From NCBI RefSeq assembly GCF_004010195.1, contig NC_057753.1, forward strand, positions 7,188,130-7,252,129: a stretch of DNA of 64,000 nt, given 5' to 3'. The notes beneath the pieces are model-generated. The model saw only the letters and a list, made by a program, of their open reading frames with translations, made no database searches and was not told the origin of the DNA. Shown piece by piece: positions 58,801 to 64,000 of the stretch (positions are counted from its first letter, which is position 1; every line of letters begins with the position of its first letter). The DNA is from Chiloscyllium plagiosum (Eukaryota). Made by a program: the position numbers and the translations under genes.

Positions 58801-61800
58801 ACTCAAGAATCAATTACTTTGGTCGGTGCTGAATATCTGTGGCTGGTACATGATCAAGGTGCTAACATTTATAAACGCATCAGGTCTTCAGAGACTCATT
58901 CATGTGATATTATCACTCACATTCGTTTAAATTAATTAGACAAACCACGCTTTAAAGAGATAACCATGTTTTCTGTTAAATTGTCGGCTCCCTGATCAAA
59001 CTGTGAGTTAAATAAAAGGTTTTATTTTTCTCACCGACGAACTGTCAGTTCTCTGACATCCAATGCTTTATTTGAGTTTTCCAATGTTTTATTTCCCTCT
59101 CGTTTCAGACATGTGCCCAAAAGCTTTCCACAAACGTAAATGTCAGCTGTAACAATGTTCAAATCGATACTACCCATCCCACTGTCCTTTCAATTCCGAG
59201 GACTTCACTTCTCCCAAGAGCATTTTGTGTGACATTGTATTAAATATCGTTCGAAACCTCATTGGCATGACATGAACAAGATCTCCGACATCCCTTTACT
59301 TAACTCCATGGGGTAATCGAATAAATATAACAGAAAACAGAACAAAACAGGTTTATTATTCCATCAAACAGGAATTCATCAAATTTTGTTTTAATCTGCT
59401 GTCAACGCCGAAAATTGGTCTTGTTCCATACGACCATATGTAATAAGAAAAAAAAGGCCGTTCCTACCCTCGAGTTTGTTCTTTCATTCAATGGGATCAC
59501 GGCTGATCCAACATTCATTGCGCTGCCCATCCGCCATACCCCTGATTCCAGTACAGTATGAGAATGATAAGGTTAGATTATAGCAATCTTCAGCGTAGTT
59601 GGTTACAGATGTTGGGAACTGTCTGTGTGGAAGAATAAAAAACACTGTATCCTGAAATGTTGCAAAGAAGAATAAGACCACCGTTAGAGTACTGAAAGCT
59701 TTTGGAGCGATATAATTGTAACTGAAATGGTTCAGAAAAGATTAACCACAAACTTTTCTTGTTAGTCGAGTTGTAATTATGGCAGACGGTTTTCTTTTGT
59801 CCTTGGAGCAGGGATGATTCGGGGGGACGTATAAAACGTAAAGAAATATCAAAAAATGAGGGACATAGCCATCGAAGACAGGAAACAAATGGTGAAGGGA
59901 TCCGTTACAGGGCGGGGAGGATTGACAGAAAGCAAGTAACAGCAGAAGTTGCACGAAATGTGAGGGAAAAGAATCACTCAAAGGATAGTGGAACGTGGAT
60001 CTCACGATCCCTATTTGGAGAAAAGATAGACATACTTCGAATAGTTAAGAAGTATTTAAAAGTGTACTTGATATGTCAAGGCAGACAAGGGTTGTATCAA
60101 ACCAGAAGAGTTGCATGACGTTGAGATTATGACTGCAATCAGATTCAGAATCTTGAAGAGAATGTTGCATGCCTGAAAGGATTTGATCGTAACTTCAAAA
60201 CGAAATGCAGTCCAGATAATCTTGTGCAAGTTTTTATTCTTTACTTGATTATCAATTTAATCATTCCGTATGCCGTTTTCTGACAGCTTACCTAATTGCA
60301 GTAGAATCTTAACAAACGCAGAAATTGTCAGAATTCTTTAGGCATTTTCTTAGAACATCTGCCTAATGTTGAAGGTCATTTCTCAAACATTCGACTGCAT
60401 TTTTAAGGAATCTTGTCAGTTTATTTTTTTTTCTCTGTACCGTGAGGTATTAAGTTACTGCGATGCTATTTTGGGATTACAGATTCAAATCATTCTTATA
60501 TTCTCTTCTGCGCCAAGCTGTGCAGGTAGATTTGAAGGATGCAAATCATGGGGAAGAAACATGATCACATTGGTAAGGAATTCTCGGATTGATAAGAATT
60601 TAGGGAAAACTGTGCACAAGCCTGGTCAAGGATTTGTTGGACAGACGGAGGATTGTCCTGGACAATGAGATGGGAGGGCTTGGGAGTCAAGTCGGAACAT
60701 TCCCGGGATATTGTACCCCATTATCCTGTGCTCTATGCCCTCCAAAGTCTACTGGACAAAAGAGGAATATTGCTTCGGTGGGATAGTTTCAGGAGTGAAA
60801 TGTGTCCTCTGATGAGAATGGAGAGAAGCAACATTAATGGGCTAGAGAGTAATTCTCGCTCCAGAACAAAACTGCGTGAGCACTGATTCAAGATAGATGC
60901 CCCTCAACGAAATTAATTTGAAGCGAATCTTGTGCTGCTGAGTCACATCGGAAATACTAGCTTTTGTCTATTTCCTTCAGGAATCCACCTCGTTGAAGCA
61001 TATCTCCTGAATCGCGAATCATTTTCATCCGGCACAATTTTAAACAAAGAGGACGGTCTTTTGCGAAATATTGTGATCTTGTGATCACTTTAAAGCAGCA
61101 GATGCACGCACAAACTGAATATTTTCTGTTGGTAGTTCTGAATATTTACAGCGATACCACCGAGTGGATATCTCCAACTGTGGTATCTGGGCAGAAGCAG
61201 GATTTTAGGCCTTTGCTCCAGAGAAAAGAAATATTCTGCTCATGAAATGTTCTTGTTGGCCAGAAGCACCTTTCAATAGCTTTTGTCGAACGTCATTATG
61301 TTTGCCTAAATTAATCAATTTAAATTTATTTGTTTAATGTAGGTTTCAGCCATATAATGAACTCTCTTGTTTATACGTGCATTAACAAACTAACTTCTGG
61401 GATAGTGTCGATTATTTTAGTTGGTTCGATGCTTTGTTTGCAATGCACATTGAGATCAACAGGGCAGATTAGCATAAGACATGAAGTCAGCATGAATGAC
61501 TCTCCTTCCTAACCTCTCTCCATGTCTGAGGTGTTCTGAATCTCAGGGTAAAACCACCACCAGTCATCTCTCTCACATTAGAGAACAGAACGACATGATC
61601 ACCTGTTTCATTTTCGTGGTTTGGAGCCATTAATCGTTGATTGAAGTAAAGTATTCGAGTTTTGAGGGAAGTATCAGAAAGTAGCAAACGCTGAAATCAC
61701 AAAACATTTCAGACAGCATTTGTGCAGCAAGTCAAATTTAGCTGAGAACATTGCGACTGGACACATTGGATTGTAGAATCTGTTTCCATGCTAAGTTCCA

Positions 61801-64000
61801 ATCACGCTGTTTCTTTTTTAGAGATAAAACAAACAAGGTATTTTCAGTAATTACATGACATTGATGGGTCTGTGTTTGACATACAGGTCAAGGGTAAACT
61901 GCTTGCATTCTATCCCACTTCTGTTAAACAAAACGTGAAGTCTCAGGAGTTCACCTGTTTATACCTTCAGTTGATGCTGCCATAAACGTTCACAGAGAAA
62001 GTTTCAAATGAGCATTCTTTGTTTTACGCCCGACTGTAATCTGTCAGCGAAACTACAGTTTTACAAGGGTTCATTGAGACCACGCTTAGAGAATCACTAG
62101 TCATTTTGTTCTCACTCACTGAGAGAGAGTGCACTTGCCAGAGTGGACGTGCAGTGGAGGTTCACAAGGCTGTCACAAGAGACAGCAGAATTGTTCACGA
62201 GGAGAGACTGTTTTGAGTGGTCGTTTATTCAATAAAGTTTAGAAGCATGAGAGATGATCTGACTTTAACGTCTCCATTTGAACATTGCTGGACTGACCGG
62301 TGCATGGAGCATCGTTCCCCTGGTTCTTTCATGAGGTGTCGAAGTCTCAAGATATGGGGAACGACTGAGATGAGGGAACATTTATTCAGTTAGTGAACAG
62401 TGAACATGTGGCGTTCTCTCCTACAGCAGGCAATGACGTCCACGTCACTGAATATATCCAAGAGATAGTTATTAGTGTTTTTAGAGTCATGACTGCCTTA
62501 GGCGATTGATGACATAGCCCCTCGGTTCAAGGATAAGTAGACATTGGCCTCCCCTCCAATACGTACAACAGTTGACTGCAAAGTATTTGAATTGGTGTAC
62601 ATCCTGACATGGAACAACTTGAGTATCTGACTGACTGTGCCCAATCCTTTTGACTACGACCAGAGTCTGTCGCAGAGTTATTGTGCCGTTCGGCCCCTGT
62701 GCAAAGGATCACTCTCTTGAATACAACGAAGACTGGTGAAACCTTGACAACAATCCTGCTCTGGGTTCTTGTTAAGCAGCAAGGCAAGACTGAAGTCTTA
62801 CGAGTCTTTGTTTGAGGGTGCAAACACACTACGCAATGGTGGACTGGTATTTTGTATGGCAATGAACAAAGGACTCAGGGATGCAACCTTGGTCAAAGTC
62901 ATGAGCTAAATGCATTTCATCCAGCACACAATGTGTTCCTTGCTGGAGCACATCATGTGCAACGTAGAATTGCACATTTATGTTGCAATTAGGTCAAAAT
63001 TTGTCGTGTCTGTTCTTGCAGTTTGCCTTATTATGAATGCTCAGGCCTATGTTCGACATTGTGGGGAATGTTTAACATTGCATGATGGGAATGAAGACTA
63101 ATTCTTGAATGAAGGATCATCAAATTAAACAGACAAAAGTTCAGAACCTGCTTTCAGGACCAGTCTGAATGTAAACAAATAGTACAAGCTTGATAAAACA
63201 TCAGTAATCTTCTTAATGACTCCTTGTACAATTTGAACTGCAGTGTTTCGCTTTAAACAAAATGTCTATACAACAGAAATAGAGTTATAGAATGATGCAA
63301 ATTCTTAATGTTAAGAAAAACTAATAAGGCAAATGTTTAGCACTACAGATGACGTACACTTCATGTAATCTGCAATTTCTCAGCATACGTGCAAATGTAT
63401 GATGTTACTCTTATTCTTTTTAAAGGTGCAATCGACTTGGAGATTACCGGGATCCTTTGGTTTCTCCTTCTGTTATGGTTTTTTTTTAGTCAGAAACACT
63501 GCATGCGGATTTGTTTAAAATAAAGACAACTTTTTCAGTTCAAGTTAGTTTTTAAAAAATCTTTCTCTGAGTGTTGAGTTTGATCGCACAGATTCCTGCT
63601 AATTTAAGTGCAATTAGATCTGGAGACATGGCGCCTTCTGCAAACGCCGTGCATGGACCGTGTCAAGAGATATTTGGATCTGGTGTTCAACTGAGTGGAT
63701 TTGCAGGGCAAGGAGCGAGCTGCGGTCACAATGTACCTTCTCCATGTTGCATTATTGACAGTTCTTCTCAGCTACCTTGCTCAACATATTAGGTAAGATA
63801 GGAAGATGAATATGTATTAGCTAAGTTGAGTTGCTAATGCACCATTTAACAACTTTAATCGGAAGGACTATGCTGTCATTTTAATAAGGCTATTTTAAAC
63901 TTGGGTTTCTTAGTTAAGAGATTTCGCAAAGGCATAGGTGTTCAAAGTTTGTGAGAAGATTTGTAGCTCGGGTGCTCGTTGTTGTGGTTCTGTTCGCCGA

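Larger units (their letters stand above)
37031..63940 (-). repeat. Minus-strand cassette array: flank, gene 3, flank, CR1s, Gypsy relics, then the upstream flank of a next unit running into the gap
   Basis: Read on the minus strand, the block order reproduces the plus-strand cassette order; 37031 corresponds to ~1046 of cassette 1. Confidence 0.85.

Noticed and set aside
63940..64000. Start of another repeat at the window edge
   Set aside because: Cassette homology ends here, but 60 nt is too little to classify.

Overview
Eukaryotic, repeat-rich DNA, most likely from a cartilaginous fish (inferred from HE1-like SINEs, CR1/HER1-like LINE tails and the receptor type), with three assembly gaps (9350-9849, 36531-37030, 39596-39788). 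The window is a segmentally duplicated array of a ~25-30 kb cassette: upstream flank, a two-exon class A GPCR gene of the elasmobranch 'GPR139-like' type, downstream flank, old CR1 LINEs, and two divergent Gmr1-like Gypsy relics. It holds two apparently intact 322-aa receptor genes (+ strand, 2869-6430 and 32617-35477) and one minus-strand copy (54263-58800) with an in-frame 369-nt deletion of TM5-TM7. It also holds one cassette from which the gene has been deleted (junction ~15214) and a further upstream flank that runs into a gap. Cassettes left of the gap at 36531 point +, those right of it point -. Penelope-like elements in and near the genes carry minimal hammerhead-ribozyme motifs. All comparisons were made by eye; repeat boundaries are approximate and family names come from motif recognition, not database searches.
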